A DNA stretch of 64,000 nt, taken from positions 6,057 through 70,056 of the forward strand of contig NZ_JAMTDV010000114.1 of NCBI RefSeq assembly GCF_023806565.1, given 5' to 3'. Position 1 is the stretch's first letter. The number at the start of each line of letters is the position of its first letter. A program made the position numbers and the translations under genes. The DNA is from Accumulibacter sp. (lineage in GTDB: Bacteria; Pseudomonadota; Gammaproteobacteria; Burkholderiales; Rhodocyclaceae). Under the pieces are notes generated by a model that was not told the DNA's origin, ran no database searches, and saw only the letters and a list, made by a program, of their open reading frames with translations. This document shows, piece after piece, positions 27,325-37,327 of this stretch.

Positions 27325-30300
27325 TGCTTCCTCCAGTCGGGTTGGCAGACTTCGCTGGCCCGGAATTGGCTGTCGGGCTCGCACTGTGGGAGATTTTTTC
27401 GACCTTCGGGTCGTCCCATTTTCCGGTCACCAGATACTCGAACGCGAACACCTTGTTGAGCGGACCCTGCAGCAGCTTGTCGGCGAGCAAGGTGGCGACG
27501 CCGGCCAGCGGATGGATCACTGCGACTCCCAGGGCGGCGCTGCTGCCCAGTTCGGGCTGCACCGTCACGTGCAGATTCTGCGTTTCATTCTTCAGGTCGG
27601 CGTCGCCACGCATTACCACGTGCGCCGCGGGGCCGTCGATCTGCAGACGCCGCGTGTGCATCAGGCCGCTGTTGACGGTGATCCGGCCCTGAATGCTGTC
27701 GAAAGCAAAACCCTCGCTGAACACATCGCCAAAGTCGAAACTGAGCCGACGGGGCAGGCCCTGCAGGCTGATCAAGCCGAGCAGCTTGCCGGCGCCGGGA
27801 TCGAGCTTGAGGAACTGCCCCTTGCTCGCTTCGAGCGTCATTTCGCCACTCAGAGTTGCGTAGTCCAGCCGGTCCGGTGGTCCGTTCCAGCCGATCTTGC
27901 CCTGCATGGTCGCTTTGCCCGAACGAACGGCACCGGGGTAGCCGATCCGGTCGAGCAGTTTGCCAATGTCGCTGCTGTCGAGCGCGAAGTTGAGCTGCGT
28001 GCGGTTGGCGGCGCTGACCTGCCACTGTCCACTTCCGGAAAGCTTGCCAAACGGGTTGGCCAGTTCGATCTTGTCGATTCGCCAGATGCCTTTGTCGTTA
28101 TGTGCCTGGACATCGAGGCGTCCGAAGCGGTGATCGCCGACGGCAAAATCATCGACCACGATGTCGAGTGCCGGCAGTTCCTTGATGGCTTCGGCTGGCG
28201 GGCCATCCTTGCTCACCTTTTCCGGACGGCTCCATTTGGTGAAATGCGCCGCCAGCCTGCCGCCTCCCGATCCGTCCCATTGAAAATCGCCCTCCGCCTC
28301 GCGCGACCTGAGCGCGCCCCGCCACTGGGAACTTGCCCCGGAAACCCGCAACTTTGCTGCATTGTAGCGACCGCCGAGGAAGATAAGTCTGTCGGTCTCC
28401 AGATCGACTGCGACCGGAAGGCCGGAACCCGATCCGGCGATTCCCTGCAGTGAATTCTGCCAGGAATCCACGTCCAGCGTCGGCACGGAAATCCCGACAT
28501 TGACCCCGCGTTCCGGCAAGGGTGTCATCGGTCTGCCAATCATGATTGCGCCACGTTCGGGCAAGCTTCCCTCTGTCTGCCTACGGCGGATCAACTGCAT
28601 GCTGACGATGCCGCCCAAACTGGCGCGCAACTGGTCGCGCACGATCGCATCGCCGTTACGCGGCGCGGCGCCGGGGAGCAGCGTGTTCTCGAAATGCAGG
28701 GGGAGAGGGTCACTGATCCCCTTGCCCAGTGGTGCCGGCAAGGTGGAAGCGATGCCGAGCAGATTCGAGTCGAGCAGGAGTTCGACGTCACGTTTGCGGA
28801 CTCGCACCTCGGCGCGATAGCCAGTGGTGCCGGACAGCTTGTCGAAAAGCGGCAATTCCGTTCGCCGACGCAACTCGTCCATTGCCAGGGTTCCGTCGGC
28901 GACGATCAGTACCTTGCCACCCTGTGCGCCGCCGCCGATGCGTACGGGGCCACCAAACAGCAAGGCGTTGATTTGCTGCAGATGCAGGTCCTTTTCGGAG
29001 AACTGCAGGCTGCCTTTGACCTGGCGCAAGGGGGGCAAGGCCGGATCGACAGTCACCTCGTTGTTGAGAAACGTGTAGATTCCCTCGACCTTCGAATCGC
29101 CGAGTCGTGCTTCCTCCAACGGAATCACCAGAGAAATCTCGAGATGCCCTTTGCCCACGGCACTCATGCTGTCGGTGAAATGGTCGATTTGCGTCGCCAC
29201 CGGGCTCTGCCTGATGAAGCCGAGAAACTCCCTGGTATCCCCTTCGACCCGTCCTTTCACCTTCAGCGTCGATAGCGGCGCGTCGAAATCGGGAATCTCG
29301 GCGAGTGTCTCCAGCAGCCTGGTGCCGAGAATCGAACCGTGTCTCGTCTGTATGACCATGCCGGCGCCTGCGAAACGCAGATCGGCGTCCAGGCCGGTGA
29401 TTGGCGGCCAGCCGGTGGCATAATCGAGAGTCACTGCGTGCGCTTTGACGGTGACGAGAAACTGCCCGTCCCTGTGGTCGACAAAGGGAAACTTCGCCAG
29501 ATCGCCCTTCAGGATAAGCCTGGTCTCGCTGGCGGTCCCCGTCTTGATTGCGTCGCGAAGCCAGTGGCGCGCTCCGACATTGACTGTCGCCGGCAGGTAA
29601 CGCCAGACGGCGCGTGCGTCGGCCCGGCTCAGCGCTCCCGTCAGATCGATGCTGCCCGGCCCATCGCCGACCTTGTGATAGCTTCCTTGCGCCGATCCGC
29701 TGGCGTCGGGTCCAGCGAATTCGAGGCGTGACAAATGGAGGTCCAGCGCTTGCCCGCTGATCTTCCATCTGGCCTGTGCCTGCAGCGTATCCAGCGCGAT
29801 CGCCGACTCGGGAAAAACATCCGGCAGCTCGATAGCCACCTTGCGCGAGTTCAACTGAGCGGATCCTCCCTGCTCGCTGGCCTCGAGCGAGCCGCTCAAG
29901 CCCGCTATTCCCGGGAACCGCCCCTGTGGTCTGAGTGCCAGGTCCGCAAAGCGCCCGCTCAGCGAGTAGGTCTGCAAGTGCTCGCCATTGCCCCGCCAAC
30001 TGGTGCGCAAGCCACTGATGTGGCCACGTGGAGCAAAGTCGTCGAGCAAGCGGCGTGAGTCGTCATCGAGCGGCAGATAGGCTGCCAGACTGGCGAGGGC
30101 ACCGAGGTCGAGCGCGCTGGCCGTGGCGCTGCCGCCGACGATGCCGCCTTCGCTGGCGGAGTTCTGCCACTCGACGTGGAAATCGGTCGGATCGATATGG
30201 ACGCCGTGCGCCGGAGCGTCGCGGCCACCTGCCGGCCGTCGCGTCACCAGAGCGACGTGGCGTCCATCGACACTCATTTCCGAGGCGGAAAGGCGCGCGC

Positions 30301-31354
30301 CGATGCGGCCGGACATGTGGTCCAGTTGGAGCTCTGGCAGACCCCTTGCCAGGCGCAGTTTCACGTCGTCGAGCGACAGGTCGGCCGTCAGCTCCCGCAG
30401 CCCGCCATCGACGATGCCCATCCAGGCGCGCACTGCGCCCCGCCCATGTGGCAAGGCCACCGGGTAGTCGAGCCAGGTACGCCAGACGGCCAGATCGGCG
30501 TAGTCAATCTGCACGAAGGCCTGTCCTTTCCAGGCCGCGAGATGCTCGACGTCCTGGCCGCGAAAATCGCCCCGCAGATCGATGCGCGACGCCAGTTCGG
30601 CGGGTGGCAGTCCAGTCAGGCCGAAGCGATGCCGGTGTCCATCATTGTCGAGCGCCAGATCGACGTCATCGAGCACCAGCGGCGGTGCATCACGCTGCGC
30701 GTCTTCCCAGACCACGGTCGCGCCATGGATGCGAATGCGCCTTTGCGCCAGCAGCCAGTCTGCCACGCCGCTGTCGCTCTCCTGTTGGCCGATGGCGATG
30801 CCCGCCACAAAGAGGTGACCGGAGGCATCGCGCCGGATATGCAAGGTCGGCTCCGCGATGCGCAATGAGCGCAGGCGGAGTTGCAGGTGCGGCAGCGACG
30901 ACCACGAGAGCACGCTCTCGACGCGAGTGAAGGTCAGCGCCGGCAGTCCTTGCGCGTCGGCGATGCGGACGTCGGAGAGGACAAGGTCGGGATGGATGCC
31001 GTCCCAACTCGCTTCGATGTGCCCGATGGCGATCGCGAGGCCGAGTGCCTGACTGACCTGCCGCTCGATTTCCGGTCGATAGCTCTCGATGTTCGGCAAG
31101 AGCAGGTAACGAAGGGCGAGAATCAGCAGGACGAAAGCGAAATAGAGCAGCCAGCAGGCGCGCAGGGCAAGCCGTCCGAGGCAACGCGTTGCCGGATGCG
31201 AGATGACCGGCAGCAGATGATGCAGGCGATGGTAGATCGCCGGGCGCAACTCTTCCTGGCGCATCACACCGAGCCAGCGCACGGAGACTTTTGCCAACGG
31301 CCGGCGAGCGTCACTAGAATGTCGGGATACCTGAGGAAACGATGGAATCGACAA
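27305..31354 (-). CDS. YhdP-family (AsmA-like) giant envelope protein
   Basis: About 1300 aa, with an N-terminal TM helix (CWLLYFAFVLLILALRYLLLPNIESYRPEIE) and a long beta-rich body. The conserved neighbourhood is glnE / yhdP-like / C-N hydrolase / tldD. The start is uncertain: 31354 or ATG 31264. Confidence 0.8.
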   Translation of the reverse strand: MSIPSFPQVSRHSSDARRPLAKVSVRWLGVMRQEELRPAIYHRLHHLLPVISHPATRCLGRLALRACWLLYFAFVLLILALRYLLLPNIESYRPEIERQVSQALGLAIAIGHIEASWDGIHPDLVLSDVRIADAQGLPALTFTRVESVLSWSSLPHLQLRLRSLRIAEPTLHIRRDASGHLFVAGIAIGQQESDSGVADWLLAQRRIRIHGATVVWEDAQRDAPPLVLDDVDLALDNDGHRHRFGLTGLPPAELASRIDLRGDFRGQDVEHLAAWKGQAFVQIDYADLAVWRTWLDYPVALPHGRGAVRAWMGIVDGGLRELTADLSLDDVKLRLARGLPELQLDHMSGRIGARLSASEMSVDGRHVALVTRRPAGGRDAPAHGVHIDPTDFHVEWQNSASEGGIVGGSATASALDLGALASLAAYLPLDDDSRRLLDDFAPRGHISGLRTSWRGNGEHLQTYSLSGRFADLALRPQGRFPGIAGLSGSLEASEQGGSAQLNSRKVAIELPDVFPESAIALDTLQAQARWKISGQALDLHLSRLEFAGPDASGSAQGSYHKVGDGPGSIDLTGALSRADARAVWRYLPATVNVGARHWLRDAIKTGTASETRLILKGDLAKFPFVDHRDGQFLVTVKAHAVTLDYATGWPPITGLDADLRFAGAGMVIQTRHGSILGTRLLETLAEIPDFDAPLSTLKVKGRVEGDTREFLGFIRQSPVATQIDHFTDSMSAVGKGHLEISLVIPLEEARLGDSKVEGIYTFLNNEVTVDPALPPLRQVKGSLQFSEKDLHLQQINALLFGGPVRIGGGAQGGKVLIVADGTLAMDELRRRTELPLFDKLSGTTGYRAEVRVRKRDVELLLDSNLLGIASTLPAPLGKGISDPLPLHFENTLLPGAAPRNGDAIVRDQLRASLGGIVSMQLIRRRQTEGSLPERGAIMIGRPMTPLPERGVNVGISVPTLDVDSWQNSLQGIAGSGSGLPVAVDLETDRLIFLGGRYNAAKLRVSGASSQWRGALRSREAEGDFQWDGSGGGRLAAHFTKWSRPEKVSKDGPPAEAIKELPALDIVVDDFAVGDHRFGRLDVQAHNDKGIWRIDKIELANPFGKLSGSGQWQVSAANRTQLNFALDSSDIGKLLDRIGYPGAVRSGKATMQGKIGWNGPPDRLDYATLSGEMTLEASKGQFLKLDPGAGKLLGLISLQGLPRRLSFDFGDVFSEGFAFDSIQGRITVNSGLMHTRRLQIDGPAAHVVMRGDADLKNETQNLHVTVQPELGSSAALGVAVIHPLAGVATLLADKLLQGPLNKVFAFEYLVTGKWDDPKVEKISHSASPTANSGPAKSANPTGGSNEAARQ

Positions 31355-31426
31355 TTGTAACCACTTTGCCAGGGCTCTTCAGTGCCGCCGGCAGCCGGTT
31401 CCGCTCGATCACGCGAAGATAAGGCA

Positions 31427-34165
31427 ATGGACCCCACAGATACTCCCGACGCCATCGACGGCGCGCTAGGTTCGCCCTGGCAGGCTGCCCGGGCGCACAG
31501 CCGCTACCTGGACAACCTGCTGCTCAACCGTCCGGACATTGCCTCCTGGCTTGGTGAGCATGTTGCGCAGCCGCTCACCGCCGGTGAGATGCGCGACTTT
31601 CTCGACGCTGCGGCGCCACACGACGATGCCGGCGTCAAGCGTGTGCTGCGCCGCCTGCGCCAACGGGTGATGGCGACGCTGATCGTTCGCGATCTCGCCG
31701 ATGTGGCGCCATTGAGCGAAGTCGTCGAGAGCATGACCCGGCTTGCCGACGTCACCACGAACTTCGCCCTGGATTTCGTACATCGGCAACTTTGCGAGCT
31801 GTACGGAGAGCCGCTCGACAGCCAGGGACGGTCGCAACGGCTGATGGTCATCGGCATGGGAAAACTCGGCGGGCGCGAGCTCAATGTCTCTTCGGACGTC
31901 GATTTCATTTTCGTCTACCCGGAGGAAGGGCAGACGGCTGGCGGCCGCTGCATCGACAACTACGATTTCTTTCTGCGTCTCGGCAAGCGCTTGATCAGCG
32001 CACTTGGCGATCTCACCGAAGACGGCCAGGTCTTTCGGGTGGATATGCGCCTGCGCCCCAATGGCGATTCCGGACCACTGGTAGGATCGCTCGGTTCACT
32101 CGAGAACTATTTCATCGCACAGGGCCGCGAATGGGAACGTTACGCCTGGATCAAGGCGAGGGTGATGAACGAGGGCGTCAATCTGCAGCCGCAATGGAAC
32201 AGGATGCTGCACGACATCGTCCGCCCCTTCGTTTTTCGCAAGTACCTCGACTTCGGTGCAATCAACGCCATGCGCGATCTGCACGCCCAGATTCGCCGGG
32301 AAGTGGTGCGCAAGGACATGGCCGATCACATCAAGCTCGGACCCGGCGGCATCCGCGAAATCGAGTTCATCGCGCAGGTGTTCCAGTTGATTCGCGGTGG
32401 CCGCGATCCCGCATTGCAGATCCGGCCGACGCTCGAGGTGCTCGCCCTGCTCGCCGAGCGTCGTCTGCTGCCGCCGGAAAGCGAGCGGGAACTGGCGGCG
32501 GCGTATGAGTTCCTGCGCCGTCTGGAGCATCGTCTGCAGTACGTGGGCGACGCTCAGACACACCGTCTGCCAGGCACGCAGGGAGATCGCTTGCAGATCG
32601 CACATTCGCTGGGCTGCGCCGATTGGCCCGCTTTTCTGGCGATTCTCGACGCGCACCGTGCGATCGTCGGCCGGCATTTCGAACAGGTTTTCTCCGAGCC
32701 GGAAGAGGGGCGACATCCGCTGGCTGCGATCTGGGAAGGATCCGCTGCAGGCGACGATGCGCTCGATCAATTGTCGAGGCGCGGCTTCCGTCAGCCGCAA
32801 CTGATGCTCGAACGTTTGCAGAGCTTCCGTCGCAGCGGCCGTTACCTGCAACTGCCGGCGAGCAACCGCGAGCGCCTCGATGCCCTTGGCCCCCGTCTGA
32901 TCGATGCCGCTGCAACGACTGCCATGCCCGACGCCACCTGGCAGCGAGGTCTCGACTTTCTCGACACGATCAGCCGTCGCGGCGCCTATCTGGCCCTCCT
33001 GCAGCAGTATCCGCAGGCGCTGCAGAAGCTTGCAGAGCTGATCGGCAGTTCGTCGTGGGCTGCCGATTACCTGACCCGCCACCCGATCCTCCTCGACGAA
33101 CTGCTGGATTCGAGAATCTTCGACGTCGCCACGGATTGGCAGGAATTTCGGCAGCAGTTGCAGGAACAACTCGGGCAACATGTGGATGATACCGAGCGCG
33201 AGATGGACATTCTGCGCGAGTTCCATCACGCGCAGGTCTTTCGCTTTCTCGCACAGGACATCGCCGGGCTGCACACCGTCGAACACCTCGCCGACCGGCT
33301 CAGCGAACTCGCCGACATCATGGTCCAGACCACCATGGAACTCTGCTGGCAAAAACTGAAGCATCGACACACGCACCCCGACCGTCCGCCGCGCTTCGCG
33401 GTCATCGCGTACGGCAAGCTCGGTGGCAAGGAGCTCGGTTTCGCGTCGGACCTCGACCTGGTCTATGTGCACGACGATCCCGAGCCTGGCGCTGGCGAGC
33501 TGTACGCCCGCCTGGCACAACGCATGAGCACCTGGATGACGACCCAGACGCCCGCCGGAATGCTGTTCGACGTCGACCTGCGCCTGCGTCCGAACGGCGA
33601 TTCGGGAATGCTCGTCTCGCCGATCGAAGCATTTCGCGACTATCAATTGCAGCACGCCTGGGTGTGGGAGCATCAGGCGCTGACCCGTGCCCGTTTCTGT
33701 GCCGGCGATCCGGCACTCGGCGAGCAGTTCGAAGCGATCCGCAGCGAAATCCTGCGGCAGCCGCGCGACCGTGGAAAGCTGCGCGGCGAGGTACTGGCGA
33801 TGCGCCAGCGCATGCTTGACCAGCACGCCTCGCGCAGCGAAGAACTGTTCGACATCAAGCACGATCGCGGCGGCCTGATCGACGTCGAGTTCATCGTCCA
33901 GTACCTCGTGCTCGGGCACGCACACGCCCATGCTCGCCTCTGCGGCAACCTCGGCAACATCGCCTTGCTCGGCATCGCCGCCGAAATCGGTCTGATCCCG
34001 CAGGCCCTGGCGGACGCGGTACGTGGCGCGTACCGTGAATTCCGCCGCATGCAGCATGTCCTGCGACTCAACGCCAACCGTCGCGCACGCGTCGGACGCG
34101 TTACGGTCAGTCGGCGCATCGAAGCCGTGCGCACCCTTTGGGAAGAAGTTTTCGGAGTTCGCTGA
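31427..34165 (+). CDS. glnE: Bifunctional glutamine synthetase adenylyltransferase / adenylyl-removing enzyme GlnE
   Basis: ORF 31382..34165. The likely start is ATG 31427 (MDPTDTPDAI). It has two nucleotidyltransferase modules: GMGKLGGRELNVSSDVDFIFVY and AYGKLGGKELGFASDLDLVYVH. Confidence 0.92.
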   Translation: MDPTDTPDAIDGALGSPWQAARAHSRYLDNLLLNRPDIASWLGEHVAQPLTAGEMRDFLDAAAPHDDAGVKRVLRRLRQRVMATLIVRDLADVAPLSEVVESMTRLADVTTNFALDFVHRQLCELYGEPLDSQGRSQRLMVIGMGKLGGRELNVSSDVDFIFVYPEEGQTAGGRCIDNYDFFLRLGKRLISALGDLTEDGQVFRVDMRLRPNGDSGPLVGSLGSLENYFIAQGREWERYAWIKARVMNEGVNLQPQWNRMLHDIVRPFVFRKYLDFGAINAMRDLHAQIRREVVRKDMADHIKLGPGGIREIEFIAQVFQLIRGGRDPALQIRPTLEVLALLAERRLLPPESERELAAAYEFLRRLEHRLQYVGDAQTHRLPGTQGDRLQIAHSLGCADWPAFLAILDAHRAIVGRHFEQVFSEPEEGRHPLAAIWEGSAAGDDALDQLSRRGFRQPQLMLERLQSFRRSGRYLQLPASNRERLDALGPRLIDAAATTAMPDATWQRGLDFLDTISRRGAYLALLQQYPQALQKLAELIGSSSWAADYLTRHPILLDELLDSRIFDVATDWQEFRQQLQEQLGQHVDDTEREMDILREFHHAQVFRFLAQDIAGLHTVEHLADRLSELADIMVQTTMELCWQKLKHRHTHPDRPPRFAVIAYGKLGGKELGFASDLDLVYVHDDPEPGAGELYARLAQRMSTWMTTQTPAGMLFDVDLRLRPNGDSGMLVSPIEAFRDYQLQHAWVWEHQALTRARFCAGDPALGEQFEAIRSEILRQPRDRGKLRGEVLAMRQRMLDQHASRSEELFDIKHDRGGLIDVEFIVQYLVLGHAHAHARLCGNLGNIALLGIAAEIGLIPQALADAVRGAYREFRRMQHVLRLNANRRARVGRVTVSRRIEAVRTLWEEVFGVR

Positions 34166-34417
34166 GTGACTCGTTCGCCCGCCGCGGGCGACCGCGGCGA
34201 GCCGGTGATCGCAACGCGTCACGCGGAAATCTTGTCCTGACGGAAAGAGTTGCTTGCTGGCAGGGCGGGCCGCCAGCAGCGCCGCCATTGCGTTTTCCCT
34301 CGTCGGGGTTCACGATGTCCATCGATTGGGAATTCACGAACGTCGGCGCCGAGAGCGACCCGCGTGCCGATTTCGCGATTCCCGGCCTTGCTGCATTTCG
34401 CCTCGTGCCGACGCCTG

Positions 34418-35338
34418 ATGGAAATTGCCCACGTCATCCAGACCTTGCAAGACGATGCACTTGCGGTCGTTTTCTTGAATGTTCTGTTGCAACAGGTCGG
34501 TCTGCCGGTGCCGGCGGTGCCGACCCTGCTGCTGGGCGGCAGCCTCGCCGCCGGCCCGGGACAGTTGGGCGAAATGCTGGCCACCGCTGTCGTTGCGTCA
34601 CTGATCGCCGACTGGCTCTGGTACGGTGTGGGAAGGATGTTCGGCTATCGGGTGCTGACCGGCCTGTGCAAGCTCTCGATCAATCCGGGTTCGTGCGTCA
34701 GCCAGACCGAAGCGCGGTTCGTTCGCTGGGGTGTCTCGTCATTGGTGGCGGCGAAGTTCATCCCCGGTTTCTCCACGGTTGCCCCGCCGATCGCAGGCGC
34801 TTTGCGGATGTCCTTGCCCGGATTCCTGATTGCTTCCGGCAGCGGCGCCGGCCTATGGGCCGGGCTGGCGCTGGTCACCGGCTGGCTGTTGCGGGACACC
34901 GTGCAGGAGGCAATCGCCGTTCTCGATCAGCATTCGGGTGGGGCAATGCTGGTCGCGACTGCCATCGTGGTGCTGTGGCTGGGATGGAAGTTTTGGCAGA
35001 GATACCGTTTCCGGAAATTTTCTGCGGTTCCCCACATCACTGCCGATGAGCTGATCGCGACGCTGGCCACCGATCAACCGCCGCTGCTGCTCGACCTGCG
35101 TGGGGCCACGATGATCGCGGAGACCGGCCCGGTTCCGGGTGCGACCGTTGCCGAGCACGATCATCTGCAGCGGGCCGTCGACGGCTGGCCGAAGAACCGG
35201 CCGATCGTGACCCTGTGTGCCTGTCCGGAGGATGCGGGCGCGATCCAGGCCGCGCGCGCCTTGCTGAATCAAGGTTATCTATCGGTGCGGCCGCTGCGCG
35301 GCGGTTACGAAGCGTGGATCGCGGCAGTCAGGCGTTAG
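34418..35338 (+). CDS. DedA-family membrane protein fused to a C-terminal rhodanese-like domain
   Basis: I moved the start to ATG 34418 (MEIAHVIQTLQDD). DedA/VTT region: VGLPVPAVPTLLLGGSLA...AAKFIPGFSTVAPPIAG. The C-terminal 100 aa is rhodanese-like (LLLDLRG...IVTLCACPEDAG...RPLRGGYEAW). Confidence 0.75.
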   Translation: MEIAHVIQTLQDDALAVVFLNVLLQQVGLPVPAVPTLLLGGSLAAGPGQLGEMLATAVVASLIADWLWYGVGRMFGYRVLTGLCKLSINPGSCVSQTEARFVRWGVSSLVAAKFIPGFSTVAPPIAGALRMSLPGFLIASGSGAGLWAGLALVTGWLLRDTVQEAIAVLDQHSGGAMLVATAIVVLWLGWKFWQRYRFRKFSAVPHITADELIATLATDQPPLLLDLRGATMIAETGPVPGATVAEHDHLQRAVDGWPKNRPIVTLCACPEDAGAIQAARALLNQGYLSVRPLRGGYEAWIAAVRR

Positions 35339-35531
35339 ACTGCCCGCTGGCGCCAGTTTCCCGCTCGGCATCTCTGGTACGGCGGAAAGGAGGCAGGTGT
35401 CGCTTCGCGAAGCACTCGCGAACCAGTCCGGCTCGGGCTGGACAACTCCGCACCGAGGTCGCTCGGGTCGACAAGATGGCGACCGTATCGATCGCCACCT
35501 CGGGTCCGGTGCGCGGCGCTCCGTCCGGATT

Positions 35532-36188
35532 TCACCCACCCATTCTGCGGCGACCAAGGCCCAGTCCGGTCAAGCCCAGGCCCAGCAGGGCAAGCGTACC
35601 TGGGACCGGCACTGCCGCGCTACTTACTACCAATGTACCGACGGCTTGCGTCTCTTCGAACGCATCGCCCGTGTCACGTCCAAAGGGATCGCCGCCCTGC
35701 AGCACATAATTGTCAAGATTGATCCCGAAAGGGTTGGTGCGGAAGACGCCGGAATGGATGTCCTTGTCGAACACATCCACATTCACCGCCACGTCAGCAG
35801 TCCCTACCAGCGTAAACTCCAGACCATTGTCCGGGTTGCCGCCGGCCTGCTTGTTGAAACCACCCTGATTGGAGCTCTCGGGTCCGGCGTTGAAAACCCA
35901 GGATTGACCGAGGCCCAAGGTACCAACGATGCTCAGGTTGATGGTCTGCCCCGGGGCAACACCCGACAGCGTGCCGGTGCCGGTAAACGCCGAGGTACCC
36001 GTATTCTGCACTTGAAGCCAACCCGTATCCGGGCTGCCACACGTCCCGACCGTCGCACTTCCTCCTCCACAGCCGCCGGTGTAATGGGTGGTAATCGTCA
36101 ACTGATAAGCCGAAGCCGTGGCGGACGCGGCCAGCAAGCTGGCGGTCAATGCCAGCAATCGTAGTTTCTTGCTCCCAATGCTTTGCAT
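35532..36188 (-). CDS. PEP-CTERM sorting-domain secreted protein
   Basis: I moved the start to ATG 36188, preceded by GAGGAGAA. Signal peptide: MQSIGSKKLRLLALTASLLAASATASA. The C-terminus VPVPGTLALLGLGLTGLGLGRRR has the PEP-CTERM architecture. Confidence 0.8.
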   Translation of the reverse strand: MQSIGSKKLRLLALTASLLAASATASAYQLTITTHYTGGCGGGSATVGTCGSPDTGWLQVQNTGTSAFTGTGTLSGVAPGQTINLSIVGTLGLGQSWVFNAGPESSNQGGFNKQAGGNPDNGLEFTLVGTADVAVNVDVFDKDIHSGVFRTNPFGINLDNYVLQGGDPFGRDTGDAFEETQAVGTLVVSSAAVPVPGTLALLGLGLTGLGLGRRRMGG

Positions 36189-36535
36189 CGTGGTTCTCCT
36201 CGTATAGTCAGGATCAAGTGGAACTCCCCCGGGGGCGAGTAGAAGCAAATATTGGGCCTGCCGTTGCAACATGTTGCTTTAATGGATGGTGCTTTGCCAT
36301 GAGTGGCGCGGCGAAGAGGCCGATGTAATCTTTTCCGACACGTCCCATTTCTGCGCGGAATTTCGCCCCCGTTTACCGATGATCAAGCTGGCGTGTGTGC
36401 TTTCAGGCGCGTGACCGTGCTAGAGTCGCAAGCGTGTCGTCGCCGTAAACCGCTCGGTGGTCCGTCCGCGGTGAGCAATCGAACTTGCTTGGTGAGTTGA
36501 ATCGTGAACACCGATCTGCTGTTGTTGGATTGAAC

Positions 36536-37303
36536 ATGGCCTTCGTCGACATTGACGGGCAACCGATCGAGTACCAATTCCTATCCGCCGCGCGGCGCGA
36601 TCGGCCGACGCTGGTCCTGCTCCACGAAGGGCTGGGGAGTGTGGCGTTTTGGCGCGAATTCCCGGCACGGCTGGCGCAGGCCAGCGGCTGTCGGACGCTG
36701 TGCTGGTCGCGACGCGGTTACGGTGATTCGGCTCCGCTTACCGCCCCGCGCACGGCTTGCTACCTGCACGAAGAGGCGTCGCAGCAGCTGCCGTCCTTGC
36801 TCACTGCCCTCGCCATCGAGCGGCCGCTGCTGATCGGACACAGCGACGGGGGATCGATCGCACTGCTCTACGCCGCCGCCTGGCCGGATCGGGCGGCCGG
36901 CATCGTCGTGCTGGCGCCGCACGAGTTCGTCGAGGAAAAGGCACTGCTTGGCATTCGTCTGGCGGGCGAGACCTACGCCAACAGCGACTGGCCACGGAAA
37001 CTGGGTCGCTACCACCGTGATCCCGATGCCGTTTTCCGGGCCTGGCACGATACCTGGCTGTCACCGGAGTTCCGTTCCTGGGACATCACCGGTTGCCTGT
37101 CGAAGATCACCTGCCCGATCCTGGCGATCCAGGGCGAAGACGACGAATACGCGACGATGCGCCAGATCGAGTGCATTGCCGAAGCTGCGCCCGACGTCGA
37201 TCTGCTCAAACTCGCCGACTGTCGGCATTCGCCCCACCGGGATCAGCCGCAGGCGGTGATCGAAGCGATCGTCGGTTTCGTCGATCGGCTTGCCGTCGGC
37301 TGA
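36536..37303 (+). CDS. Alpha/beta-fold hydrolase
   Basis: I moved the start to ATG 36536 (MAFVDIDGQPIEY). It has LVLLHEGLGS, the nucleophile elbow GHSDGG, and a C-terminal His (CRHSPH). Confidence 0.8.
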   Translation: MAFVDIDGQPIEYQFLSAARRDRPTLVLLHEGLGSVAFWREFPARLAQASGCRTLCWSRRGYGDSAPLTAPRTACYLHEEASQQLPSLLTALAIERPLLIGHSDGGSIALLYAAAWPDRAAGIVVLAPHEFVEEKALLGIRLAGETYANSDWPRKLGRYHRDPDAVFRAWHDTWLSPEFRSWDITGCLSKITCPILAIQGEDDEYATMRQIECIAEAAPDVDLLKLADCRHSPHRDQPQAVIEAIVGFVDRLAVG

Positions 37304-37327
37304 CTGGGCGCGCCGACCTTGCGGCGC

